Shown here in pieces: positions 10,036-18,501 of a DNA stretch of 64,000 bases (within the stretch, counting starts at the first letter, position 1; the number at the start of each line of letters is the position of its first letter). The notes beneath the pieces are model-generated. The model did no database searches. It was not told the DNA's origin and saw only the letters and a list, made by a program, of their open reading frames with translations. The position numbers and the translations under genes are program-made. The DNA is from Phycisphaerales bacterium. Lineage in GTDB: Bacteria > Planctomycetota > Phycisphaerae > Tepidisphaerales > Tepidisphaeraceae. The stretch covers positions 34,662-98,661 of the forward strand of contig JADYZN010000043.1 of assembly GCA_020853095.1 (NCBI GenBank), given 5' to 3'.

Positions 10036-13000
10036 TCAACGAGTCAGGATGATCATGCGAAACGACCGGGCATCGACCGGAATCTCCATCCGCCCATCCT
10101 GCTGCGTGAAGTCGCGGTCAAAATACTCATCTTTCATACCGGCATTTGCGCCGGCAAACCCCAGGGCCTGCAAGTTTACTGCCGCCTTGACGGTGACCGC
10201 TTCATCCGTGTTGTTGAATGGAACGATCATCAGTTTGTCGCCACGCCGGAAGATCGACACCACGACGTTCGGATTGGCCGGCCCGTTGATCGTGATGTAT
10301 TGCGCGTTGTCCCAGTATGGGAAAAACTCAACCTTGTCATCCCAGCCGAACAGGTCTTCAACCTTCCACAACCGATCCGGCTTGATCCCTTCGCTGGGCC
10401 AGATCAGGCCGTCATTCACCACGGTCATGCCGATCAGGTGTTGCAGTGGCTTTTGTCCTTCAGGCGTGCTGTAAAACTTCACGCGGTCGGGATTGGCAAC
10501 GGCCATGGCGCGCTCAAACTGCGGCAGATCCATCACCCGCGGCCCCCATGGCGCCCCCATGAATTCCGCGCGGAATTTATCCAGAGGCAGCGCGTTGTAA
10601 TAATTCTCGTTGGTCATCAGCGCGCCGGTCATGTTTTCGCCCGTGAGCATGATGTCGCAGAATGCGTTGGTCGCCATGTCCACTTCGCCGGACATGTGGT
10701 GAACGATAAGCGGGTTGTTCGTGGCGTACTTGTGGATGATGACATAGGCCCGCCTGGCGCTGTCCCTCGTACCCAAAATGTTATAAGTGCGCTGCTTCTG
10801 TCCCGTGTTGTCCACCCAGCCGCAACCGTGCAGCGGATTGGCGCACATTCGTGACGTCCCATAGTCGAAGTAGATGCCGTCGGTCTTCACCTCGCTGAGT
10901 ACACGCTCCATTGCCAGGGCAAAAAAATCACGATATGACCGGCTGTTGTTGCAGATCTGATAATTGGCCCAGATGTCCCATTGCGGATCCAATGGATTGG
11001 TCTTGTCGCGCACCAGGCGGGCGGGCTTCATCAGCCAGTCATCCCCATAGAACTTGAATTCGGGCGAAAATGGTGTGGTGATCCCCAGCGTCATGTAAGG
11101 TGTGACGCGGACCCCGTTGCGATGAAACGCTTTAAGCAATTCCAGCTTTTGAGGAACCAGCATGGCCGGATCGGGATAATTGACCCACTTGGTCCACTCG
11201 GTGAACCAGATGTACCAGTTATATGCGGCCGGCGATCCGGATGGGGCGATGCGCCAGCTTCTAAAATCCTTGCGCACGGGTTTCACTGGCGTCGCCACGA
11301 AGCCGAAGGCGATTTCACGGCTCCCTTGCAACTGGATGGGTGAATCGATCACGTTGAGTCTGGCGACCACACGGCCGGAACCGGCGTCGTTGATCACCTG
11401 CAGGCTGCGCGACCAGTCAGCACAATTCCAACCGGGCAGCGATTCGGCAACCCACTGCAATCCACCCGCCTCATCTCCCAGCCAGAAAATCGGCTTTTCA
11501 CGCAAATCCTTCGCGAAACTTTCGGCCGGCAGCGCGCCGGTGCGTTCCATGCGATAATCACCAAGGTTTCGCAACGTCACGTACCGCCGGTCAAGCGGGA
11601 TATCGATCTGCAGCCGATCCACCGTGATGGGCTGTTCCGACTGAAGCGTGCACTTGACCCATGTAAAACCGTCAAAATCGACCTGAGTATCGGTGATGAC
11701 CCGCAACGCTCCCAGTTTGCCGCTGGAAACCCGCCGGGCGCTGACGGCCGACTTACTCTCCCATTTGCCCTCAACATTGGTTGGCGACTGGCTGACTCCG
11801 TTGACACTCGCCAGGATCGACATCGGCGCTGCCAGCACCTTTCGGCCGCGCGATGTGATCTGGCCCGGCAGCAATCCGCCGGCAAAGTCATAGGTTCGAT
11901 CCCAGACTTCAACGGCATCCTGCTTCACGACCACATCGGTCCAGGGTTCGGGTACGACATCGGTGATGCCGGCCTGATTGCCATCCCAGGGCGGCGGGCC
12001 ATCCGCGTAACGATGGTAAGTGTCCTTCAATACAACCGGTTTCGATCCCTGTGGCAGGTCAAATGTAATCTCGGTCTTGTAATCGCCCGCTGTCAGCGTG
12101 GAAATATCGGCCGATATTTCAGAATCGGACTCAGACGCGGTGAATGGATGCTCCACGGCCTGTTGACCCTCACGCAACAGCTTCAAAACGCCATGGACCT
12201 GTCCGCCGATCAGATGGCGCGACGGCACGTGAATTCCGATCTTGATCTGGCGGGTGGACAGATCCGTATAAATGTAATTCTGGCCATAGTCATCCTTGGC
12301 GGCGGCGAATGAATACGTCCCCGCGTACAAAATGCCCTGATTCACCGACGAGGCGATAAATGACAGCTCACCATTTTCGGGCAGGTCGGGTTTCTGGATG
12401 TCGATGTGGGAGGCGGTGTTGTCGGAAAATCGCTGGTTAAACAGTGTGACGGTCTGATCGGCGTGCTTCAGGTCCATCCGTGCCTCAATCGCCTGGTCTG
12501 AACCCTGATCCGCGGAAATATCAACCTTGAAATCCAGCACATGGTCGGACAAGTCGCCGATGGAATTCATGTCCAGGTTCGGTCCCTTGTCCATAAAACG
12601 CACGTACGCGAATTGACGGGGCGACAGGTAGCTGTGTCGAGTGGGCGACATGCCGGTGAACACGCGGGAGGCTCCGCCGAAGGTGCGGCACAGGTTTAAT
12701 CTCCAGATGCTGCCGGCCTTTGGCGCGGCAACACCCAGATCGGAAAACGGGATCGACGCCTCCATGGTCCAGACATCACCTTCGACCTTGTTCACGATTC
12801 GCGTGTTCTTGATGTTCCACGCGGCATCGGAGTCCTTCTGATCAAAGATCGTTCCCGATGAATTGACGATGATCTGATAAATCGGCGAGATTTCCGCATC
12901 CGGGACGATGAAGATTTCCATCGAATCGTCCATGGCGACGGTCACATCGTCACGACGGACGGCCTTCGCATTCAGTTTTCCAATTACCGGCGACTGGATC

Positions 13001-13899
13001 GAGACGTACAACATTTTCTGGTCGTAACTGACGTGGTATTGGCTCTGTTGAAAGGCGAACTGGCCGCTGATGACATCGACAAACCCCCGTCCGCTGATCG
13101 CGTATTCCCCCGGTATGATGTTCCCATCCGTCAGCGGAGGCTTGCTTGAAACGGGCACGGCGAAGATCAGATTCCCCTGCGCCGCAAGCTGCCTCAGGCC
13201 GGCGTCATCCAGCGACCGCGCGATGTCAGGCGATAAAGCAGCCGACGCGGAAGTCGCATCCGGAACGAACGCGCCGGCGGTCGTCCAGCGGATGTAATCG
13301 ATCTCATAGGCCGCATCCGGCTCGGCACTGTGGTCGCCAAACTGAATGCCGCGATCCGGGTTTGACCCTTCGGCCGGCTTCAGTGGCCCGGATGCAACCG
13401 GAGTGGGTTTGTTGTCCACGTACAGCTTGTAGCCGTTCAAATCCAACGTCAGCCGGTAGACGTGAAAACCGTCGGCCGCATCCATTTTCACGTCCAGCCC
13501 CTGGCAATGAATGGCGGCTTCTCCGATCGACATGCCCACGAAATCATTGAGCTTGTCGCCTGAGATGGATCGCACGCCCAGCACCGTGGCGGAGGCGATG
13601 TCGCCCGGTTCGGTCTGCTTGATGCGCACGCGCCATTCAACGCTGACGCCCCGCGTGACATCCAGCTTCAGTTCCTTGAACCAGTACGGAAACTGGTTGC
13701 TGCCGAGGGTGTCGATGCTCAGGATGCCCTGGTTGACTTTGGCATATCCATCAGCGCCTGCGAACTTGGCCACCCACCCATCCTGTGTCGGCAGGGCATC
13801 GCACTCGTATCGACCTTCCCACGTGTCGGATGCGGAAGTCGTCGCAAAAGCGCCGGCGGAACATACGATCGACAACACAAGCACCCAGATAATGCGCAT
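10036..13899 (-). CDS. Giant secreted protein, 1287 aa: LamG-like + CBM9-like + GH123/DUF4091-like C-terminal domain
   Basis: ORF track 1292 aa (GTG 13914). ATG 13899 gives a classical signal peptide MRIIWVLVLSIVCSAGAFA. LamG-like block: FHVYRLTLDLNGYKLYVDNKPTPV...IDYIRWT. CBM9-like block: MLYVSIQSP, MEIFIVPD, YQIIVNSSG, WTMEASIPFSDLGV. C-terminal block GIYFDYG, NPLHGCGWVD, IVHHMSGE resembles the DUF4091/GH123-like family. Confidence 0.8.
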   Translation of the reverse strand: MRIIWVLVLSIVCSAGAFATTSASDTWEGRYECDALPTQDGWVAKFAGADGYAKVNQGILSIDTLGSNQFPYWFKELKLDVTRGVSVEWRVRIKQTEPGDIASATVLGVRSISGDKLNDFVGMSIGEAAIHCQGLDVKMDAADGFHVYRLTLDLNGYKLYVDNKPTPVASGPLKPAEGSNPDRGIQFGDHSAEPDAAYEIDYIRWTTAGAFVPDATSASAALSPDIARSLDDAGLRQLAAQGNLIFAVPVSSKPPLTDGNIIPGEYAISGRGFVDVISGQFAFQQSQYHVSYDQKMLYVSIQSPVIGKLNAKAVRRDDVTVAMDDSMEIFIVPDAEISPIYQIIVNSSGTIFDQKDSDAAWNIKNTRIVNKVEGDVWTMEASIPFSDLGVAAPKAGSIWRLNLCRTFGGASRVFTGMSPTRHSYLSPRQFAYVRFMDKGPNLDMNSIGDLSDHVLDFKVDISADQGSDQAIEARMDLKHADQTVTLFNQRFSDNTASHIDIQKPDLPENGELSFIASSVNQGILYAGTYSFAAAKDDYGQNYIYTDLSTRQIKIGIHVPSRHLIGGQVHGVLKLLREGQQAVEHPFTASESDSEISADISTLTAGDYKTEITFDLPQGSKPVVLKDTYHRYADGPPPWDGNQAGITDVVPEPWTDVVVKQDAVEVWDRTYDFAGGLLPGQITSRGRKVLAAPMSILASVNGVSQSPTNVEGKWESKSAVSARRVSSGKLGALRVITDTQVDFDGFTWVKCTLQSEQPITVDRLQIDIPLDRRYVTLRNLGDYRMERTGALPAESFAKDLREKPIFWLGDEAGGLQWVAESLPGWNCADWSRSLQVINDAGSGRVVARLNVIDSPIQLQGSREIAFGFVATPVKPVRKDFRSWRIAPSGSPAAYNWYIWFTEWTKWVNYPDPAMLVPQKLELLKAFHRNGVRVTPYMTLGITTPFSPEFKFYGDDWLMKPARLVRDKTNPLDPQWDIWANYQICNNSRSYRDFFALAMERVLSEVKTDGIYFDYGTSRMCANPLHGCGWVDNTGQKQRTYNILGTRDSARRAYVIIHKYATNNPLIVHHMSGEVDMATNAFCDIMLTGENMTGALMTNENYYNALPLDKFRAEFMGAPWGPRVMDLPQFERAMAVANPDRVKFYSTPEGQKPLQHLIGMTVVNDGLIWPSEGIKPDRLWKVEDLFGWDDKVEFFPYWDNAQYITINGPANPNVVVSIFRRGDKLMIVPFNNTDEAVTVKAAVNLQALGFAGANAGMKDEYFDRDFTQQDGRMEIPVDARSFRMIILTR

Positions 13900-13974
13900 A
13901 AAAGCAGATTGCACGATGGTTCACCTATGGGTAGGGGGGCCAAGGCTGTGGATGGTCTGGCGGGGGCCGGAGAC

Positions 13975-14799
13975 TTAATTTCGATTGCACAGCCAGTCAT
14001 TGAAACCGCTGAAACCATCCCCGCTGAAAGTTTCGTAATAATTCATCGCCGCCACGTGGCCGTCGGCAAACGCCCAGTTGTTCTTTTTACGGTGATAGCC
14101 GTCGACGGCGCGCTGGTTGAAGTCGCTGTATCCATAGCCGATGCTTAGATTGCGAAACCATGAAAATCCGGCACCGTGATAGCCGACCACGTTCCAGACG
14201 CTCCATGTTGTTTCAATCAGCATGATCGTCTCGGCGGCACGTCGAATGCTGCCAAGCTTGCGCGGACCGATGACGCCATCCCCATCGGAATCCTGAACGA
14301 ACTCATCCATCAGGGCGACGTTGGCATCATAGCTGTTCTTTGCGCAAAAAATCGAAGTCAGCCCGGAATACCCCTGCGGCATCCAATCGCTGTCATCGGA
14401 AGGGCAGAAAAAGACCGATCGCACCATGTGCCGATCGTAATCGCTTCCGGTGTAAGGCGTGACGCCGACGTATCGACTGATGTATAATCCCCACGTGCGG
14501 AATCTTCCCTGGCCGGCCACGCTCGTGTCCCAACCGTCCTGTCGCGGAGGAAGCGAGCCACGGTTGTCGTTGGCATACATGGAAAGCCCCAGCGACAAAT
14601 TGCGCATGTTGCTGGCGCAGGCCACCTGCTTGGCCGATTCACGCGCGCTGTTCAGGGCCGGTAGCAATATACTGATCAGAAGGGCGATAATGCCGATGAC
14701 GACCAGCAATTCCACCAAGGTAAATGCGTGAACGAAACGATATCCGGGCATAAATGCAACGTTGTGCCTGTGATCGGCCGGACCCTTGGCGAACTGCAT
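13975..14799 (-). CDS. DUF1559 family protein with prepilin-type N-terminal cleavage/methylation domain (planctomycete H-X9-DG protein)
   Basis: [34 protein letters not shown] is a type IV pilin-like N-terminal helix. C-terminal [13 protein letters not shown] fits H-X9-DG. AAGGA lies 7 nt upstream of ATG 14799. Confidence 0.9.
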   Translation of the reverse strand: MQFAKGPADHRHNVAFMPGYRFVHAFTLVELLVVIGIIALLISILLPALNSARESAKQVACASNMRNLSLGLSMYANDNRGSLPPRQDGWDTSVAGQGRFRTWGLYISRYVGVTPYTGSDYDRHMVRSVFFCPSDDSDWMPQGYSGLTSIFCAKNSYDANVALMDEFVQDSDGDGVIGPRKLGSIRRAAETIMLIETTWSVWNVVGYHGAGFSWFRNLSIGYGYSDFNQRAVDGYHRKKNNWAFADGHVAAMNYYETFSGDGFSGFNDWLCNRN

Positions 14800-14860
14800 T
14801 GTGGGTTCCTTTCTATCGGTTCAAGCAGACCTTTTGCTTATGTCATCGGTCCAGGCGGCA

Positions 14861-16018
14861 TCAGGGCCTGGTATCAAATGCCTTGGACACCACGGTATAC
14901 GGGTTGAGAAACGATTCGCGATAGACCATGACCGTTGGGACTTCCATGCGAACGCCGATGAGGTCTTCGCCTCGTGCGATGCGGCCGGCCAATCCCAGGA
15001 CGCAGCGGATGATTCCCTGCGCATCCCGGTGCAGGCCGGTCAGGCTGGGGATAAACCGCTGACCCAGCGCCGTGCTTTCCATCGAGAGGATGCGGACCTG
15101 ATTGAGCATCCCCAGTTCGGCGCAAACCCGCGCGATGCGCGTGGCCGATTCATCGCCGCGGGCGATGATTGTTCGCGGCGGGGCGTTGCCGCGCAATGCC
15201 TGCGTCAACTGCCCGCAAAAAACCTCGTATACGCTGCTGGTGCGAAGGATGGAAAGCCTGTGGGAGGAATCGTCGTTTTTTGATGCAATCGCCGTAAACC
15301 GGCGAACCATCTCCGACTGTTCGCCAAACAGAACGTCGATATCGACTACGAACAGCGCGGGAAATGCGTCGGCATCCTGAATCAGTTGCATGACCTGTTC
15401 GATCATGGTGCCGATGTTGGCCGTGACATTGGGAAGCGTGACTCCATCTTCACGTCCACCCAGGATAATCGAAGGGACGCGGCGTTTTTCAAACATCAGT
15501 TTGATCGGCGCCGGACATCCGCCCAGGACAAACACGACCCCGGCGGGTCGGTTGAGGCTGGTGTAGTAGAAATCGATCATCTTTTCGATCAATTCCTCGC
15601 CATCCTGAGGCGTGTGATAGACCGAGATGATTTCAGTCTTCGGCGAGATCGTCTTGATGGCGTTGCGCAGCTCAAAATCAAACAAGGCGGTGGAGAGCGT
15701 CGCGGCATTGGGGTCCTCGACGTGCTGCACCATGATCAGCCGTTTCACGGCCGGGGCGGAGGATTTGTCCAGGTTTTTGATCAGGATGGTTCCGTTGCGA
15801 CCGCGCGATTCCACGACGCCCGCGTCGGACAGACGCTTGATCGCCTTGGCGACCGTGGCATGGGCAATCCCGGTATTGGCCGCGATATCGCGAATGGACG
15901 GCAACCGTCCACCCACCTGGATGCCATGCCGGTCGGCGTGGCGCAGCACCGCACCAACGACTTTTCGCTGGTGCGGCGCCATGCCCACGGAGATAATTTC
16001 CTCAAGAACCCCGGACAT
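14861..16018 (-). CDS. GntR-family transcriptional regulator with periplasmic-binding-protein-like (LacI-type sugar-binding) effector domain
   Basis: N-terminal winged HTH LPSIRDIAANTGIAHATVAKAIKRLSDAGVVESRGRNGTIL, followed by about 290 aa with an alternating beta-alpha pattern typical of PBP1 sugar-binding regulators. Confidence 0.8.
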   Translation of the reverse strand: MSGVLEEIISVGMAPHQRKVVGAVLRHADRHGIQVGGRLPSIRDIAANTGIAHATVAKAIKRLSDAGVVESRGRNGTILIKNLDKSSAPAVKRLIMVQHVEDPNAATLSTALFDFELRNAIKTISPKTEIISVYHTPQDGEELIEKMIDFYYTSLNRPAGVVFVLGGCPAPIKLMFEKRRVPSIILGGREDGVTLPNVTANIGTMIEQVMQLIQDADAFPALFVVDIDVLFGEQSEMVRRFTAIASKNDDSSHRLSILRTSSVYEVFCGQLTQALRGNAPPRTIIARGDESATRIARVCAELGMLNQVRILSMESTALGQRFIPSLTGLHRDAQGIIRCVLGLAGRIARGEDLIGVRMEVPTVMVYRESFLNPYTVVSKAFDTRP

Positions 16019-16050
16019 ATCTTGTCTCTACCTCGGCGACTTGACCCGCT

Positions 16051-16794
16051 TCAGGCGATTTTCGCCGCTCGTCGCCGCCGGCCCAGCGTGGCTGCGCCGG
16101 CGAAGGCCATCACCAGAAGGCCGATGGCCGGTTCGGGCACCGGAGTCGGCGCGGTGCTGTTGTTGAAGGCGACATATTCAAAGGTGGCCTTGCCGCCGGT
16201 ATTGGACCCCGGATCACCGATTCGCAACACTTCATACGCCAGGCCGGTATGCAGAGGCTGACCAACGACCACCGGCGTGTTCATGTCGTCAACGTAAATC
16301 GAGTACGTAGCGGTGGTTGTATTCAATGCGACGCGGTAGACATGGTATTGGGTCGTATCCACGCTGTACAGGTTATCCGTGACACCGTTGTTATCGAGCA
16401 CTGCAATCCGACCGCTGCGCAAAAGCAGTTGCATTCCGCCGTCCGTACTGTCCATAACGTTGAGGGTGGTCCCGGATTCTTCGCCGTCATTAAATCGCTC
16501 AATCTTGACTTTGAATTCAGCGGTGGGCGTTGCGTTATTGGCTGGCGCCCAAATGTTGGAGTCTATATAAACACTTCCGTCGACATCAGAGTCCAGCGTA
16601 ATTGTCCCCGGATCCACATGGCTGACGCTACCACTGGGCGTATTGACGGACCAATTTGAATCGGTGGTTAGCGGTATCTGATCACCGGTGAAAACATTGT
16701 CCCAATTGTATCCGTTCACCACCGCCGCCGAGGCAGCCGTGGAACAAGCCAGAAACCCTGCCGCCAACGCCACAAAGGTACGTGCAGTACGCAT
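16051..16794 (-). CDS. PEP-CTERM sorting-domain protein with LamG/concanavalin-like body
   Basis: Signal peptide MRTARTFVALAAGFLACSTAASA. Body contains YHVYRVALNTTTATYSIYVDDMNTPVVVG...FEYVAF, similar to the N-terminal module of the 1287-aa protein. C-terminus VPEPAIGLLVMAFAGAATLGRRRRAAKIA. GGGAG lies 8 nt upstream of ATG 16794. Confidence 0.85.
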   Translation of the reverse strand: MRTARTFVALAAGFLACSTAASAAVVNGYNWDNVFTGDQIPLTTDSNWSVNTPSGSVSHVDPGTITLDSDVDGSVYIDSNIWAPANNATPTAEFKVKIERFNDGEESGTTLNVMDSTDGGMQLLLRSGRIAVLDNNGVTDNLYSVDTTQYHVYRVALNTTTATYSIYVDDMNTPVVVGQPLHTGLAYEVLRIGDPGSNTGGKATFEYVAFNNSTAPTPVPEPAIGLLVMAFAGAATLGRRRRAAKIA

Positions 16795-17189
16795 AACACA
16801 TTCTCCCGAAAACCCCCGTCAGATAATGTCCGGCACAATACCGGAGCTTTCATTCGTCGAGAGTATCACAATAAAAGAACAAAGTCAAGAGAAATCTATT
16901 ACAAACAGGATACATTGTTATAGTATTATGTTATACATTGCGATACGGCCAAAAATAGAAAAATCGTTTCGATTTTTCAGACATCATCGAAAGAGATGAC
17001 CTTCCCAGGCCGGATATACCATAAAGACGGCATAGACACCCATGGGATGGGAGACAAATATTAGCCCGTCAATGTCACGGGTTTTGATCAGTTATTCAGA
17101 GGTGATTTTTGGCGAGACAAGACCGATCTTTGCCCCTTGCAACCCTTGGCCGTAATATCATGCGATTAAGATCAAATTGGAGTTGTTCC

Positions 17190-18494
17190 ATGCCTCAGAC
17201 CACCAGTTTTGTGCTTCCGCAATCCGAAATTCCAACCCATTGGTACAACGTTCTGGCCGACGTGTCCGAACCGTTGCCGCCGCCGTTGAATCCGGGGACA
17301 AAGCAGCCGGTGACGCTCCAGGACATGCTCGCCATATTCCCCCAGAACATCGTCGAGCAGGAGATGACCGCCGAAACGCGCGTTGAAATTCCACAGCCCG
17401 TGCGCGACATCTACGCCCTTTGGCGGCCGACGCCGCTGCTGCGCGCCGTACGACTCGAAAAGGCGCTGCAAACCCCGGCACACATTTATTACAAATACGA
17501 AGGAGCCAGCCCCGCCGGCAGCCACAAACCCAACAGCGCCGTCCCACAGGCTTATTACAACAAACTGGCCGGCACCAAACGTCTGGCCACCGAAACCGGC
17601 GCCGGCCAATGGGGTTCATCCCTGGCGATGGCCTGCCAGATGTTCGGCCTCGAATGCGTGGTCTACATGGTCAACGTCAGCTACCACCAGAAGCCCTATC
17701 GCAAGATGCTCATGCAGACCTGGGGCGCCACCGTCCATGCCAGCCCATCGGAACAGACCGAATATGGCCGCAAGATGCGGCAACAATCCCCCGACTCGCC
17801 CGGCTCGCTGGGGATCGCCATCTCCGAAGCCATCGAGGACACCGTCCGGACACCCCATACAAAATACGCCCTGGGAAGCGTGCTTAACCACGTTTGCCTG
17901 CATCAGACCGTCATCGGCCAGGAATCGCTCAAGCAGATGGACCTGGCCGGCGAATATCCCGACATCGTCATCGGCTGTGTCGGCGGCGGCAGCAATTTCG
18001 CCGGCATCGCCTTTCCGTTCGTTGAACAAAAAATCAAACAAAAAAAATCCACCCGCATCGTCGCGGTCGAACCTTCCGTCTGCGCTTCGCTGACCCGCGG
18101 CGAACACCGCTACGACTTCGGCGACACCGCCGAAATGACCCCGCTGATGATGATGCACACCCTGGGGCATCAGTTCGTGCCACCGGCGATCCACGCCGGC
18201 GGTTTGCGTTATCACGGCATGGCCCCGGCCGTCAGCCACCTCTACAAGCTCGGCCTCATCGAAGCCAAAAGCTACGCCCAGTCGCAGGTCTTTGACGCCG
18301 CCGTGCAATTCGCCCGCGCCGAGGGGATCGTCCCCGCGCCCGAATCATCCCACGCGGTGCGCGCCGCCATCGACGAGGCCATCGCCTCCCGCCAGGACAA
18401 ACAAAAACGCACCATCCTGTTCAATCTATCCGGACACGGCCTGATGGACATGACCGCCTACGACAGCTATCTGTCCGGCAAACTGATCGATTGA
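17190..18494 (+). CDS. trpB: TrpB-like PLP-dependent enzyme (tryptophan synthase beta chain, TrpB2 type)
   Basis: ORF track 461 aa, trimmed to ATG 17190. IPTHWYNVLAD...YYKYEGASPAGSHKPNSAVPQAYYN...ETGAGQWGSSLA...GCVGGGSNFAG are hallmark TrpB2 motifs with the PLP-binding Lys. No trpA next to it. Confidence 0.9.
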   Translation: MPQTTSFVLPQSEIPTHWYNVLADVSEPLPPPLNPGTKQPVTLQDMLAIFPQNIVEQEMTAETRVEIPQPVRDIYALWRPTPLLRAVRLEKALQTPAHIYYKYEGASPAGSHKPNSAVPQAYYNKLAGTKRLATETGAGQWGSSLAMACQMFGLECVVYMVNVSYHQKPYRKMLMQTWGATVHASPSEQTEYGRKMRQQSPDSPGSLGIAISEAIEDTVRTPHTKYALGSVLNHVCLHQTVIGQESLKQMDLAGEYPDIVIGCVGGGSNFAGIAFPFVEQKIKQKKSTRIVAVEPSVCASLTRGEHRYDFGDTAEMTPLMMMHTLGHQFVPPAIHAGGLRYHGMAPAVSHLYKLGLIEAKSYAQSQVFDAAVQFARAEGIVPAPESSHAVRAAIDEAIASRQDKQKRTILFNLSGHGLMDMTAYDSYLSGKLID

Positions 18495-18501
18495 TTCATC
18501 C

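Noticed and set aside
16958-16978. Hairpin GAAAAATCG-ttt-CGATTTTTC as an intrinsic terminator
   Set aside because: The stem is AT-rich and weak, and it lies in a divergent promoter region with no upstream gene to terminate. I kept it only as part of the regulatory-region observation.
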